Virus record (IMG/VR): IMGVR_UViG_3300025009_000896
Coordinates: 19,189 to 83,188 of that record
Reading direction: 5' to 3' (one strand)
Origin: a virus
Length of the DNA stretch: 64,000 bases
Part shown: positions 44,530 through 55,523 of the stretch, piece after piece
Layout: each line of letters starts with the position of its first letter
Position numbering within the stretch: the stretch's first letter is position 1
Notes under the pieces: generated by a model
Told to the model about the DNA's origin: nothing
What the model saw: only the letters and a program-made list of their open reading frames with translations
The model's database searches: none
Position numbers and translations under genes: made by a program

Positions 44530-45573
44530 ATGTTACTTGTAAATCAGAAACCCTTGCCTACAACGGCCAACGTAGACAGGAACCATGAGATGTACGGCTA
44601 TATAAAAGAGTACGAGGATGGTATGAAGAAGCTCAGGACAGAGTTTCCTCTTGGCACAATCAAATTAAACAGAGTAGGTTACCCTAAGAAAAACAAAGGC
44701 GTAGCTAAACCTATTCCTACCTTCATCTGCCCCCTTGAATGGATGGCAGAAGGTGCAACCGGATCGGCATTGTGGAGTTACTGTAAAGGCACTCCTAAGA
44801 TTATGCCCAATGGCTTGAATGACATACCCGAAAAGCACATCTCTATCAACGGTGCAGACCTTGTATTGGATTGGAAGAAGGATGCAGACTTTGCGTTCTT
44901 TATCTTCTTTAAAACACCACTCGTTAAGAAAGACGGAGTTAGGGGCACAATGGATATGTTCGCTATCAAAGACCCTGAGAGGGAAGCTATGAAGAGGGCT
45001 GACGCCAAGCGTGCTACGCTTGAGCTCACTAAGGCTGTTTACGATGGGCTTGTTGATGAGAACAAACTAAGGATAGTAGCAGCCTCATGGGGTGTTGCCA
45101 ATGCTTATAAAGACTTGCCTGATTTAGTCAGGGAGAAACTTGAAACGACGGTCTTGGCTGCGGAAGCTAAGAAATCCAAAGAACCTAATAACATATCCTT
45201 AAGAGGAATAAAAGAGTTCTTGGAAGATGTCAAAGCTGATAGCGAAATAAGACGTAAAGCCCTTATTCAGTATGCTGTTGACGAAAAGAAAATAGAGTTC
45301 GACAAGTTCTCTATGAAGTTTAAAAACAAAGAGAGGGATGTATTAAGTGTCCCTGCTCAGTATCTCAATGACCGGATAACATATGCAGCATTTTTCTTTG
45401 GACAAAAGAACAGTGAGTGGCAGACGTTTATCAGGGAGGTCATTGACGAAGACTTACTTAACAGACAGGACAAGCGTGGCTTGTATTGGATATATGGTGA
45501 GCTAGGTCTTGACCCTGAAAAAAAGAAAGTCGAGGAAATTAGAGACGAGTTGGTAGCGATGCTCGTCGTTTAG
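44530..45573 (+). CDS. conserved post-capsid protein of unknown function
   Basis: 347 aa after the capsid gene, at a position matching crAss-like synteny. Confidence 0.55.
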   Translation: MLLVNQKPLPTTANVDRNHEMYGYIKEYEDGMKKLRTEFPLGTIKLNRVGYPKKNKGVAKPIPTFICPLEWMAEGATGSALWSYCKGTPKIMPNGLNDIPEKHISINGADLVLDWKKDADFAFFIFFKTPLVKKDGVRGTMDMFAIKDPEREAMKRADAKRATLELTKAVYDGLVDENKLRIVAASWGVANAYKDLPDLVREKLETTVLAAEAKKSKEPNNISLRGIKEFLEDVKADSEIRRKALIQYAVDEKKIEFDKFSMKFKNKERDVLSVPAQYLNDRITYAAFFFGQKNSEWQTFIREVIDEDLLNRQDKRGLYWIYGELGLDPEKKKVEEIRDELVAMLVV

Positions 45574-45600
45574 GAATTTGTTTCTGTTGGTTTGGTTCCT

Positions 45601-45635
45601 GAGCCTCTCGTCGTGTACGGGGGGCTCTTTGTTTT
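45601..45635 (+). terminator. intrinsic terminator
   Basis: GAGCCTCTCGT-CGTGT-ACGGGGGGCTC followed by TTTGTTTT. Confidence 0.75.
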
Positions 45636-45677
45636 GTCTCCAATTTAATCTATATTTGGGACAAGATTGAAAATAAA

Positions 45678-45709
45678 TTTGGAATTGTCGTTTGGTTAAC
45701 TTACCTTTG
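45678..45709 (+). promoter_or_regulatory. Bacteroidota promoter
   Basis: TTTGGAATTGTC...TACCTTTG with 20-nt spacer. Confidence 0.75.
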
Positions 45710-45740
45710 TCAATACCCATATTATAGAAAGTACTATTAA

Positions 45741-46091
45741 GTGTCGTATCAAAAAGACTTACTGAACCCTAAGTGGATAGCGAAACGCAATAAGATATTA
45801 AAGCGAGACGGGCATCGGTGCATTAAGTGCGGTGCTGAGAAACATCTTCAGGTACACCACACGTTTTATTATAAAAACAAAATTGCTCCTTGGCTATATC
45901 CTGAAGATAGTTTGTGGACGCTTTGTAGGGTGTGTCATAAGCAAATCCACATGGTTTATGGCATAATAATTAAGCCAAACCCCTTATCGAACAAGCCAAG
46001 TAAGAAAAAGAAGGAGCGAAAAAAGAAGACAAGACCATTGGCTAAGATACAAACATCAGAGCCAGTATATCGTCCCCGAAAAGTAGTCTAA
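45741..46091 (+). CDS. HNH endonuclease
   Basis: LLNPKW..KR..IL.RDGHRC.KCG...LQVHH..Y....PW.Y....L.TLC..CH...H. Confidence 0.88.
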   Translation: MSYQKDLLNPKWIAKRNKILKRDGHRCIKCGAEKHLQVHHTFYYKNKIAPWLYPEDSLWTLCRVCHKQIHMVYGIIIKPNPLSNKPSKKKKERKKKTRPLAKIQTSEPVYRPRKVV

Positions 46092-46176
46092 TATAGTTTG
46101 TGCCGTTTAATCGCAGTGGGTTAATGTTGCCAAACCACAATCTTCTGTTTTAGTTATCTTTGTTAAAAAATAAGGG

Positions 46177-46776
46177 ATGGCTGTCTTAACAAATTTCACT
46201 ACTGCGCTTGATACCTTTTACCAGTTATGGTCAACTTTAATAGATGTCAACCAAAAGCAGGCTGAGATAAAGGAGCAGATACTTCGTAAGTTACACTCCA
46301 AATATGATCTATTTTTTGCCTTGGGGCGGGATGGTGAGTATGCCGATGCGCTCGTGTACTATCAGGAGATGTTAGACCTGCTTGAGGTAGATGCTGAAGA
46401 TGTGGCATGGGATGTCACCACGGCTAACCTACAGACGTTCTTTGGGGTAAGCGGGACATCTACATCATCTGCATTTCAGACGGCTGTATTTGCAAATCCA
46501 CTGAACTTAGACGCTACTACCTACAAAGACTTTATATGTGCAAGCGTAACAGGGGCAACAACCATAAACCTAAACAGCAGTTCTAATGGAGATAGTGGCA
46601 TGATAAAGTTCACAATGGATGCCGTAGGGGGATATACTGTTACTTTAGGGACTATGTTTACCGAGAGACTAGGTAGTACGGGGTTGGATGTTACGGCAAA
46701 TGCTATAAACTATGTATCATGGAGAAACGTTGGAGGAGATTTAACCTATACGGTAGATATTGCTACTGCGGTATAA
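46177..46776 (+). CDS. putative structural protein
   Basis: C-terminal fibre-like beta domain (DAVGGYTVTLG...TANAINYVSW); promoter TATCTTTG at 46155. Confidence 0.6.
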   Translation: MAVLTNFTTALDTFYQLWSTLIDVNQKQAEIKEQILRKLHSKYDLFFALGRDGEYADALVYYQEMLDLLEVDAEDVAWDVTTANLQTFFGVSGTSTSSAFQTAVFANPLNLDATTYKDFICASVTGATTINLNSSSNGDSGMIKFTMDAVGGYTVTLGTMFTERLGSTGLDVTANAINYVSWRNVGGDLTYTVDIATAV

Positions 46777-46787
46777 TATTAATTTGT

Positions 46788-47543
46788 ATGAGTATGATGG
46801 GATGTTTGGGTGTTTGGGTAACGGATGAGATAACTCCTACGGGGGATTATGTTAGCTTCTCATGTGTGGCAGACCGCACTATTGCCATAAACGTTGTTAA
46901 TACCATCCCCTTCTATGTAGATTGGGACGATGGAATCATAAAACTATATAGCGATATTACCGATACGGCTAAGTTTGTTGGAGCAGGTAACGTTGTGAAA
47001 CTATACGATGGGGCAAGCATAACCGACTTTAACATAGAACAAATAGATACGATATCGGGATTAGATAATATTACTGATTTACGTTCTATGGATTTGGGCA
47101 TAAATGCTGAGACCATTGACTTTATCCCTGCCGCATGGAACCTTGAGACCCTTATATTGAAAATACCCAACGCCACAAGCGTGACAACGGACGCCTCATG
47201 GCCCTTGGTCTTTTTATTTATTGGGAATGCCTCGGCGCTAACAACCATAAACACATCAGCCACGTGGGTGAACCTTGATTGGGTAGAGATAGATGGTGGT
47301 GATGGTGGGGTATTAAGTTCCTTTATAGCACATCCTGAGTGGACCGCCATGTTGTATTTCCATATAACCGATATGGCACTTACCGAAACTGTTGTCAACA
47401 ACATACTTATAGCCCTTGATGCTTCGGGAATGTCAGGGGGAGAAATAGACCTGTCGGGGGGCACAAGTGCAACTCCGTCCGGTGCTGGTGCTGCTGCCGC
47501 ATCTAACTTAACAGGCAGGGGAAATGCCGTAATAACAAACTGA
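46788..47543 (+). CDS. putative virion-associated protein with LRR-like repeats
   Basis: VDWDDG, LRSMDL/LETLIL repeats; C-terminal VVNNILIAL...IDLSGGTSATPS..G.AA...L..RG..V.TN; start moved to MSMMG. Confidence 0.55.
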   Translation: MSMMGCLGVWVTDEITPTGDYVSFSCVADRTIAINVVNTIPFYVDWDDGIIKLYSDITDTAKFVGAGNVVKLYDGASITDFNIEQIDTISGLDNITDLRSMDLGINAETIDFIPAAWNLETLILKIPNATSVTTDASWPLVFLFIGNASALTTINTSATWVNLDWVEIDGGDGGVLSSFIAHPEWTAMLYFHITDMALTETVVNNILIALDASGMSGGEIDLSGGTSATPSGAGAAAASNLTGRGNAVITN

Positions 47544-47544
47544 T

Positions 47545-48486
47545 ATGATAAGCTGCGAAAGTGTATATAATCTAATGCTCGACGTCTTAAGAAAAGACAA
47601 GCGTGGCCGTAGTGTGGATGTGGATGAGTTCAATAGGCTTATCGTCCTTGTCAATCAAAAGATATGGAACAAAGTTGTTAAGGACTTTGAAAGCAATATG
47701 AGTAGCACGTCAGACATGGCTATGTTCAAGATACTTAATGAGCCCATAACCATGACTTCGGGGGTAGGGGTGCTGCCTGCCGATTATTCAAGAATCATTG
47801 GGGAGCCAAGGGCTAATGAGGTTATAGACACCACTACTTATACACGTAGGGTAGACGTGATAAGTTCAATAGAATATACCCAAAGGGCGGTAGACTACCT
47901 GACACAACCCACAACTACTTATCCGGTGTGTGTCATCGGAGGCAACTACGCAAGGGAGATTACCGCTGCTGCAACTTACGGGGGAGGAACGAGCACGTTA
48001 ATAACAGCGCCCCACCATGGACTTACCACGGGAGACGAAGTGGTGATCACGGGCACGGTGAGTTACAACGGCACGTGGGAGGTTACGGTAATAAGCGTTA
48101 ATACCTTCTCTATCGCCACTGCATTTGTGGCCAATGAATATGGGGAGATGTACCTCACAAAAATATACGTGTATCCAACAAGCATAGCCACCCTTTATGT
48201 GGATTATCTAAGGGAGCCGGAAACACCGCTTTTGGATTATTACGTTGACGATACTACATTAGATTACACGTTCTTGCCTGAGGGGGAGAGCGTTGTTGTT
48301 CCCGTTGGGAGCACATACAGAGATGGTACCGCCGGAACAGGATCATCCGTGCAGTCTTCAACGTCTAACTTTGAGTGGGATGCTGATGCACTCCCGAATC
48401 TTATGGGTATCTTATTTCAACTGATAGGTATTCAGCTTACAGATCAGAATGTATATCAAGCAGGAACAATAGAGGAGGCTAAATGA
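47545..48486 (+). CDS. tail ring / head-tail connector protein with inserted ubiquitin-activating-E1 FCCH-like domain
   Basis: EFNRL....Q; LPADY; VDYLREP; insertion ITAPHHGLTTGDEVVITGTVSYNGTWEVTVISVNTFSI. Confidence 0.65.
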   Translation: MISCESVYNLMLDVLRKDKRGRSVDVDEFNRLIVLVNQKIWNKVVKDFESNMSSTSDMAMFKILNEPITMTSGVGVLPADYSRIIGEPRANEVIDTTTYTRRVDVISSIEYTQRAVDYLTQPTTTYPVCVIGGNYAREITAAATYGGGTSTLITAPHHGLTTGDEVVITGTVSYNGTWEVTVISVNTFSIATAFVANEYGEMYLTKIYVYPTSIATLYVDYLREPETPLLDYYVDDTTLDYTFLPEGESVVVPVGSTYRDGTAGTGSSVQSSTSNFEWDADALPNLMGILFQLIGIQLTDQNVYQAGTIEEAK

Positions 48487-49106
48487 CAAAACAAGAATTA
48501 CGCTCTACAATAAAAAACCTTCTCCCTAAACCGGACAAGGCTAACTCATACCATGACGCAGTAGTTGATCGTGCTATTGAGAGAGTTCTAAGTCAAATGA
48601 TAACTGAAACATTTCTTAAGGGCGGAAATTTAGAGCCGTTTATGAAGAGATACGGTGATGCCGTTGCGCTTACTGTGACTGTTGATGCCATTACGGGCAT
48701 AAATTACACCACTCTTCCGGCTGCGTTTATTCCACTGCCAGACAAGGCCTCGGGGGTGAGAAGAATTTATACAGTTCAGATGGGAGGAATGACATTCTAC
48801 CCAATGGACTCAAGGGAAGCAGACATATTAGGGGGTAATACCTACTTCTCTACTGTTTCTAATAAGATAGGTTATGTGGTTTTCCCTACTAAGGTAGAGT
48901 ACTTTGGCATGACTACGGCTATCCGCAATGCCGGAATACGCATGGACATCTGCATACCCTTTAGTGTCTATGCTGATACGGATACTGTAAACATTCCGGG
49001 CAATGCAAGTGCAGAGTTAATTAAGGGAACATTGGAATTGCTTGGCATAGTCCAACCAGAGGACTTAAATGATAACAACACTAACGTAAGGGAAAATGGA
49101 CAGTAA
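48483..49106 (+). CDS. tail ring / connector protein
   Basis: Position and size match the crAss-like tail module. Confidence 0.55.
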   Translation: MTKQELRSTIKNLLPKPDKANSYHDAVVDRAIERVLSQMITETFLKGGNLEPFMKRYGDAVALTVTVDAITGINYTTLPAAFIPLPDKASGVRRIYTVQMGGMTFYPMDSREADILGGNTYFSTVSNKIGYVVFPTKVEYFGMTTAIRNAGIRMDICIPFSVYADTDTVNIPGNASAELIKGTLELLGIVQPEDLNDNNTNVRENGQ

Positions 49107-49809
49107 TTCTTTTGCAAACCTTAATGATATAGTTAATAGGTTTCTATTAAAGTATAAACTTCCTGCGGAGGATGCTATCATATTCACCGAACACGCTTGC
49201 GAATGCTATCGTAAAATAAGGGCAAGGCACTCTGACGCCACTACCACAAGAAAGGCGACGGTTACCTCGTTAGGTATAATAGAGATGCCCGATGACTGTA
49301 TCACGGTCATTGACGTTATGATACCCATAAACGGAGAGTGGTGGTCTTCTACCTTAAGAAAACAGATGGTCAATACCACTACCATAGTAAATGGCGCAGA
49401 GACAAGGGATAGCACAGCCCAAGGTGAGGGTGTTGATATAGACGACCCCAACTACACAACCTACGGGGGGACGGGTGGCGCTAACGACTACTATCACATG
49501 GTAGACTACGATGCACGAAGGATATTTTTGGATGGTGTTACTACTGAGTATGTAGTTCTTATTATGACTACTTCGGGTATTAACTTAGACGGAGACACTT
49601 TAGTCCCTGAAAAGTGCGTGCCGAGCATTGACGCCTATATGTATTGGAAGAAGGCATGGTGGGATGGATCACCTATGAATGAGAAGATGTACAGGGAGAG
49701 AGTATTCAATGACGAAATTCAGGAATTAAGGCTGATTAGTTTTATGCCGAGCGCAAGCCAACTCAGGGATATATTCAATAGCACAACTACACAAGCACCT
49801 AAAAGATAG
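49096..49809 (+). CDS. tail tubular protein (P22 gp4-like)
   Basis: IEMPDDC...VP.....IDAYMYWK; directly upstream of the tail stabilisation gene. Confidence 0.6.
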   Translation: MDSNSFANLNDIVNRFLLKYKLPAEDAIIFTEHACECYRKIRARHSDATTTRKATVTSLGIIEMPDDCITVIDVMIPINGEWWSSTLRKQMVNTTTIVNGAETRDSTAQGEGVDIDDPNYTTYGGTGGANDYYHMVDYDARRIFLDGVTTEYVVLIMTTSGINLDGDTLVPEKCVPSIDAYMYWKKAWWDGSPMNEKMYRERVFNDEIQELRLISFMPSASQLRDIFNSTTTQAPKR

Positions 49810-52800
49810 TGGGAGAAATTAAGCAAAATATAAGTTTTGTTGGTGCGGGACTTGATACCGATAGTAATCTCTCGTATATAACTGCGGGAGACGGGCTTAT
49901 AAGGCGTAACATTCTCATAGGTGAGGATGGCGATAACGGTCGTATTACCAATATGAAGGGTAACGAGGCCGTTACTGTCTCGGTAAACAACGAAGACTAT
50001 GTGGGTTCTTACCATAACCCCGACACCCGTTACACATATTGGTTAGGCCATGACGCACCTACTTCGACTAATACATTAGTTAAATACCACGTTGACACTA
50101 AGGTGGCTACGGTCATCTTTGAGGATACGGCCAATTACTTTGAAATTGACCCCACTCATAAGATGAAGGATTGGGATATGATTGGAGATTTGCTGTTCTT
50201 CAATCCCCAAACCAGTGAACCCAAAATGATAAACGTAGTCATGGCTGAGAACTACACTACTTATAGTGCATGGTCAGACTCGGCTACCTATGTCAATGGC
50301 GATACAAGACGATACTTCGGGGGTGTTTATACCGCTAACACTAACGTAGCGGCAGCCGAGAGCCCCGCTACTAATCCTGAAAAGTGGGATAGGATTGGAG
50401 ACTCTTATGACGACTACAATAACCAATTCGACATAGCGTTTAATGTTATTAAGAAGCCCCCAACTGCACCTACATTCGTATATGGCTCAGATAACGACCC
50501 TGATGCCCTAACAACTACTGAGTCTCCGATCTTAACAAGGGAGATAAATAACCTCAGAGGTAAGATGTTCAGGTTCGCCTCAAGATATATCTATTTTGAT
50601 GACTCTAAGTCGGTATATTCGGCATTATCTTCTGTCACCCGACCAATTGATGACGAGCAGTACGATGGTGAGATATTAGAGGACTTAACTACCAACAACA
50701 AGCTAACCCTGACGGTTGATTTAGGTCATGCCGCATTGGTTCAGTATGTGGAGATAGTCTTTCAGGAGATTGACGGTGATTGGAAGGTAATGACCACGCT
50801 TGATAGGCAAAATCCAGATAACATAGATAATAGTAGTGTTGCCTACGATTTCTACAACGACAAAGCCTACGAAGCGGCAGACAATGACCTTATTGACATC
50901 ATATACGATGCAGTACCCAAGAAGGCCAACTGTCAAGAGATAATTAACAAGAACATACTTTGCTACGGTGGAGTGACCGAGGGGTTTGATAACATAGACA
51001 AGTATGACTTGGATGTGTCTATGTCAGTAGCAGAGTCAGAGGTAGTCGAATCATCTACGCCGCAGACAATAAGGCACGATAACGTCTCCGCAGATTTAGG
51101 CAGCGAGCAGGTTAGGCCAACATCTGACCCATGGGAAAACTATGCCACTATTGATGTGTCAGACTTTGGATCATGGGGGCTTACGGCGGGTGATGTTTAT
51201 AAAATTACCGTTGACGGTCAGACGAACATTGTGACACTTGGCGCTGACGATATTGACACTGTTGCCCACTTATTAGCGGCTATGGCTAATGCTGCCGTCA
51301 GTATGGCTCCTATTGTGTGGGCAAGGTCAGACCTTGAGCAGCTATGGATAGGCGCCTACGAGTTCTATCCAAGCATAACCACTTCCATGTTTTATGAACC
51401 GTCAGCAGCAACGAGCGACATAAGCAAATATAGTACCTTTAAATCCGGTGCAGTACATCCTTTCTGTATATACTATTATGATGAAGCCCTCAGGCGTGGT
51501 GATTCCCAAGTGTCGGAGGACATGAAGGTCTATGTGCCTACGGTGAATGAGTTAGGGGTAAGCACGGTTAATTATAGGGAGAGAATAAGTTGGTCTGTCA
51601 ATCATACACCCCCAAGTTGGGCTAAGTACTGGAGATGGGGATATGCGGGTAATACTTTATGTAGTTGGTTTGTGCAATACGTTATTACCGACGTAGATGA
51701 CGCAGATAGTACGGATGCGTTATTTAACAACAAGACCACACTTGACATTACGCCACTTCAGACCTTAAAAACTACTGAGACAGCGGGGTGGAATAAGTTT
51801 CCTGAGTCTATTATAGACCCCTACGAGTGGCAGAGGGGCGACAGGGTTAGGGTCATAACCGAGGCATCGGGAGTGAGCTTGGGAGCCCCCATTGTTGGCA
51901 TATATGATTATGAAATATTAGAGTATGATGATACGTCTAAGAAAATAGTTATACAGTCCACTAATCTAAAGGCTCTGCAAAATGCGGGTGCGGGAACGCT
52001 TATAGAATTATATAGACCACTTGCAGTGGGAGAAAAGCTGGTTTACTATGAATTTGGATCATTGATGCCCATAGTTGACGAGTATCATTGGGGAACAACA
52101 CAGAATCAAACAGTGTCGGTACCTGCAACGGGAACGTTTAGCGAGGGAGACGTGTATTTGATAACAAGAACACCGTCTCAGCCAATAGATACCACTGTGG
52201 GATACTTTCACGAGAGCGCATGGTATTCGGACTTCTACCTATCTGAAGAGTGGTCGAAGGGTAAAATAGGGTTTGAGAGCACCTTTGGTGAGGTATATTT
52301 GAATATCATCAGATACTCTAACCAATATCTTCAGAATACGAAGGTAAATGGACTCTCTACCTTTGAAGCCTTGTCCTACAAAGAACTCAACGATCTCTAC
52401 GGAGAGATTAAGTTTATGGTTGAGAGTGGCGACACTCTAAAGGTGTATCAAACTATTAAGTCAGCTTCGATACAGATAGGGCGTACCGAGTACACGGACA
52501 CTACGGGCTCTACTCAGGTTGTGGCAAGTGACAAGATATTGGGCTCTATAAGGTATTCGTTTACCAACTATGGTACCGTTTATCCAACGAGCATAACCCA
52601 AAATAACAGATACATCTACGGCTTCGACATCTTCAACGGAGTAGTATGGAGGGATAGTGCTAATGGACTGTTCCCTATTAGTGGGAGGTACGAGGCCGCT
52701 GATGCAGGTGGTGACTATAAGATGCAGACCTACTTCAAGTCTAAGGCTGCGGCATTACTAACGTCAGGCATAAGCAATACCTTAGTTCAGACAGTGTACG

Positions 52801-53462
52801 ATGAGGAGTACAAGATGTTGTACGTGTTATTCTCTGATTCTCTTACTCCGGCTAACAATGATGTGATAGCCTATCACGAGCCGAGCAACAGGTGGATATC
52901 TTTTTATGACTTTGTTATTCCCAATACAGATGATCCCCCTTGTTGGGTGCAGTCAATAGGGATGTCGTTTCTGTCGTTTGCTCCTATCGCTGCCGAGTCA
53001 ACGACTACTGAAGCTGCTACAACCTTAGAAGAAGATAACACATCTTCGGTATGGCGACATAACTCAGACAATGTTGATAGGTGTAGTTTTTATGGTACTA
53101 CTCAGGATTGCGTGGTACAGATTGTGGCCAACGAAAACGGTGGAGAAGTAAAGATATTGGATAGTTTGGAGATACACAGCAATAAGTTGTGGAGTGCTGT
53201 TATAGAGATTCCAGAGAACATAAACTATTACCGAGGAATGTACTCTATAGTACCCAAAACAAGGTTTAGAAAGCGTGAAGGTATCTTAATGTCAGAGTTT
53301 ATGCGCAATGGATTGACCACATCGGGGGCTATCAGAACCTTGGACTATCTTAATGGAGAGGCACTTAGAGGATATGCCGCTAAGATAACTCTTACCAATG
53401 ATGACACCACTAAGGTATCGTTGTTGATGGTGAATGTGAACATGAGTAACAGTAAAGTGTGA
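49809..53462 (+). CDS. tail stabilisation / muzzle protein (P22 gp10-like)
   Basis: GLDTDS...G.ITNMKGN N-terminus; FRFASRYIY.D..KS..S; VPKKA..QEI....L.YG...EGFD; IIRYSN...VNGLSTF. Confidence 0.75.
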   Translation: MGEIKQNISFVGAGLDTDSNLSYITAGDGLIRRNILIGEDGDNGRITNMKGNEAVTVSVNNEDYVGSYHNPDTRYTYWLGHDAPTSTNTLVKYHVDTKVATVIFEDTANYFEIDPTHKMKDWDMIGDLLFFNPQTSEPKMINVVMAENYTTYSAWSDSATYVNGDTRRYFGGVYTANTNVAAAESPATNPEKWDRIGDSYDDYNNQFDIAFNVIKKPPTAPTFVYGSDNDPDALTTTESPILTREINNLRGKMFRFASRYIYFDDSKSVYSALSSVTRPIDDEQYDGEILEDLTTNNKLTLTVDLGHAALVQYVEIVFQEIDGDWKVMTTLDRQNPDNIDNSSVAYDFYNDKAYEAADNDLIDIIYDAVPKKANCQEIINKNILCYGGVTEGFDNIDKYDLDVSMSVAESEVVESSTPQTIRHDNVSADLGSEQVRPTSDPWENYATIDVSDFGSWGLTAGDVYKITVDGQTNIVTLGADDIDTVAHLLAAMANAAVSMAPIVWARSDLEQLWIGAYEFYPSITTSMFYEPSAATSDISKYSTFKSGAVHPFCIYYYDEALRRGDSQVSEDMKVYVPTVNELGVSTVNYRERISWSVNHTPPSWAKYWRWGYAGNTLCSWFVQYVITDVDDADSTDALFNNKTTLDITPLQTLKTTETAGWNKFPESIIDPYEWQRGDRVRVITEASGVSLGAPIVGIYDYEILEYDDTSKKIVIQSTNLKALQNAGAGTLIELYRPLAVGEKLVYYEFGSLMPIVDEYHWGTTQNQTVSVPATGTFSEGDVYLITRTPSQPIDTTVGYFHESAWYSDFYLSEEWSKGKIGFESTFGEVYLNIIRYSNQYLQNTKVNGLSTFEALSYKELNDLYGEIKFMVESGDTLKVYQTIKSASIQIGRTEYTDTTGSTQVVASDKILGSIRYSFTNYGTVYPTSITQNNRYIYGFDIFNGVVWRDSANGLFPISGRYEAADAGGDYKMQTYFKSKAAALLTSGISNTLVQTVYDEEYKMLYVLFSDSLTPANNDVIAYHEPSNRWISFYDFVIPNTDDPPCWVQSIGMSFLSFAPIAAESTTTEAATTLEEDNTSSVWRHNSDNVDRCSFYGTTQDCVVQIVANENGGEVKILDSLEIHSNKLWSAVIEIPENINYYRGMYSIVPKTRFRKREGILMSEFMRNGLTTSGAIRTLDYLNGEALRGYAAKITLTNDDTTKVSLLMVNVNMSNSKV

Positions 53463-53492
53463 ATTAGTTATCTTTGTTAAAATATATAGTAT

Positions 53493-54194
53493 ATGGTACC
53501 ATTATTGGCAGGCGGACTTATATCGGGCGGACTTAATCTTGCGAAGGGAGTTTTTGGGGCAATACAGGGGATAAGCGCATCCAGGAAACTTAAAAACTTA
53601 AAAGCCCCTGCCTATGAGAGACCTGACGAGGCTAATGAACTTCTTGACCTTTACAGGCAGAGGGCATCAGTATCACAACTCCCCGGTCAAGACGCTATGG
53701 AGTCTCGTATGGATGCGGGGGTAGCTTCTTCGGTGGGAGCCGCAGAGAGGGTAGCCCCGAGTTCTGTGTCTGCATTAGGGGCGGTTACAGATGTTTATGG
53801 TAAAAAACAAGATGCGATAAGAGATTTGGCGATAACTTTTGCTGGCTATAAGGCCGACAGACAAGGTGAACTTGGCGGTGCGCTAAAAACCTCAGCCGAC
53901 TATACCGATAAGGAGTTCGAGATGAATAAGTGGATACCATATCAGACAAAGATGAACGAACTCACATCTCAAAAACAGGAGGGGTTCGCTAATCTCTTTG
54001 GTGGGTTAGAGGGCATGGCGTCAACGGCCACTAACCTGATAGGCACTCAGAGTTACTTAGATGTACTGAAGGGATTGGGCAGCGACCCGACGGGAGGCGG
54101 ATTTGGTCAAACAACCAACACTACTGCTGCACAGACATCGGACTTACAGGGTAATGCCAATAACGCAAGAATACCTAACATATTCAATAGATAA
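53493..54194 (+). CDS. putative internal virion / ejection protein
   Basis: Gly/Ala-rich hydrophobic N-terminus (LLAGGLISGGLNLAKGVFGAIQG); follows the tail genes; promoter at 53469. Confidence 0.6.
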   Translation: MVPLLAGGLISGGLNLAKGVFGAIQGISASRKLKNLKAPAYERPDEANELLDLYRQRASVSQLPGQDAMESRMDAGVASSVGAAERVAPSSVSALGAVTDVYGKKQDAIRDLAITFAGYKADRQGELGGALKTSADYTDKEFEMNKWIPYQTKMNELTSQKQEGFANLFGGLEGMASTATNLIGTQSYLDVLKGLGSDPTGGGFGQTTNTTAAQTSDLQGNANNARIPNIFNR

Positions 54195-55522
54195 TGGCAT
54201 CATTTGACATCTTATATACGGGCAAGGATTCTGCGGTTAAGATACCCGACTTCGACAAACTTGAAAGGTCAGAGTCTAAGTTCTATGACAATATTGTTAA
54301 GGGTCAGGAGCTTAAATATTCAGAGGAGAAGGCTAATGAGGCTGACTTCCTAACGGCTATGAAGACTAACCCCGTACTGTTAATTTCAGATGCTAACAGG
54401 CAGAGGCAGGCGGGCGCACTTGAACAATATAACAATGAGTGGGGCTCTAAGTGGGCGAAGCAAGGTAGGCTATCCATGCAAGATAAGATAAAGATGCAGT
54501 CCCAAAAGGAGGCATTGACTATGACTCAGAATACCATGCTTGCTGATGAAAAGAGATGGCAAGCCGAGAAGGAGACGATAGATAAGGATATAAGGGGCTT
54601 TTACGATAAGAAACAGTTTGAAGACGCCACTAAGCAGTTCTACGAAACAGGAAAGTACCCGAGTTCGGGGCTTGTCGCTGTTCCGCAGGAGTTTGTGTCT
54701 CGTTTGCAGAAGATAAAAGGTCATGGTGAATTGAGGACGGTAACGGGCAAGGGTGGATCTACTGTTGATTATGAGTCTAACATGACTCTTGATGAGGCTA
54801 AACAGCTTGTAGTATCCGAGTTAATGAGCAACGAAGGGTCTCTAATGAGAGCTGTTAAGGATTTTAATAATCAACCTGACTCTGAGATAGCCAAATACTT
54901 TGAGGACAGTAATAATAATGGTATTATAGACCCTGCCGAAAAGAAATCTCAACTTGACGAACCAAAGAACCTAAATAATCCTATTCTAAAGTGGGCTCAG
55001 GACTTCTACGGTAATCAGGTAAGGACAGAGAATCCGGGCCCGTCTAAGAGACCTTCGGGATCAGGTAGTGGTAACGGGTTCAGCATAGGTTTCGGTGGTA
55101 AGACAATAAAGTATAATCCCGTTGACCCGATAGACACTACGATAGGAGACAGAAAATACAAGCATTGGAACTATGTAAGGCTAACGGGTGATGAAACTAA
55201 CCCTCAGTATCCTGTATCTTTAAATAAGGCCACGGTGCTTAAGAATACGGGGAGTGGCACGTTAAATAGGAATACTACGATACAAGATGCTACGTTAACT
55301 GGATTTGGGTTAACCCCATCGGGCGATGTAGAAGTAACGTTCTTAGTGCCTACCGATAATTGGACAAAGATAGGCTTAGGCAAGGGGTCTGAATTATCTA
55401 TACCCATTAGTGAAGCGCCTGAGTACGGAGAGATAACCGTTAAATATGAAGGCAAGAACGTTAAGTTAAAAGACTTAGCAGGGACAAAACAGACCCAAAC
55501 CAGCAAACCTAAATTATATTAG
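54194..55522 (+). CDS. putative internal virion / ejection protein
   Basis: 442 aa, helical N-terminal half, position in cargo module. Confidence 0.5.
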   Translation: MASFDILYTGKDSAVKIPDFDKLERSESKFYDNIVKGQELKYSEEKANEADFLTAMKTNPVLLISDANRQRQAGALEQYNNEWGSKWAKQGRLSMQDKIKMQSQKEALTMTQNTMLADEKRWQAEKETIDKDIRGFYDKKQFEDATKQFYETGKYPSSGLVAVPQEFVSRLQKIKGHGELRTVTGKGGSTVDYESNMTLDEAKQLVVSELMSNEGSLMRAVKDFNNQPDSEIAKYFEDSNNNGIIDPAEKKSQLDEPKNLNNPILKWAQDFYGNQVRTENPGPSKRPSGSGSGNGFSIGFGGKTIKYNPVDPIDTTIGDRKYKHWNYVRLTGDETNPQYPVSLNKATVLKNTGSGTLNRNTTIQDATLTGFGLTPSGDVEVTFLVPTDNWTKIGLGKGSELSIPISEAPEYGEITVKYEGKNVKLKDLAGTKQTQTSKPKLY

Positions 55523-55523
55523 G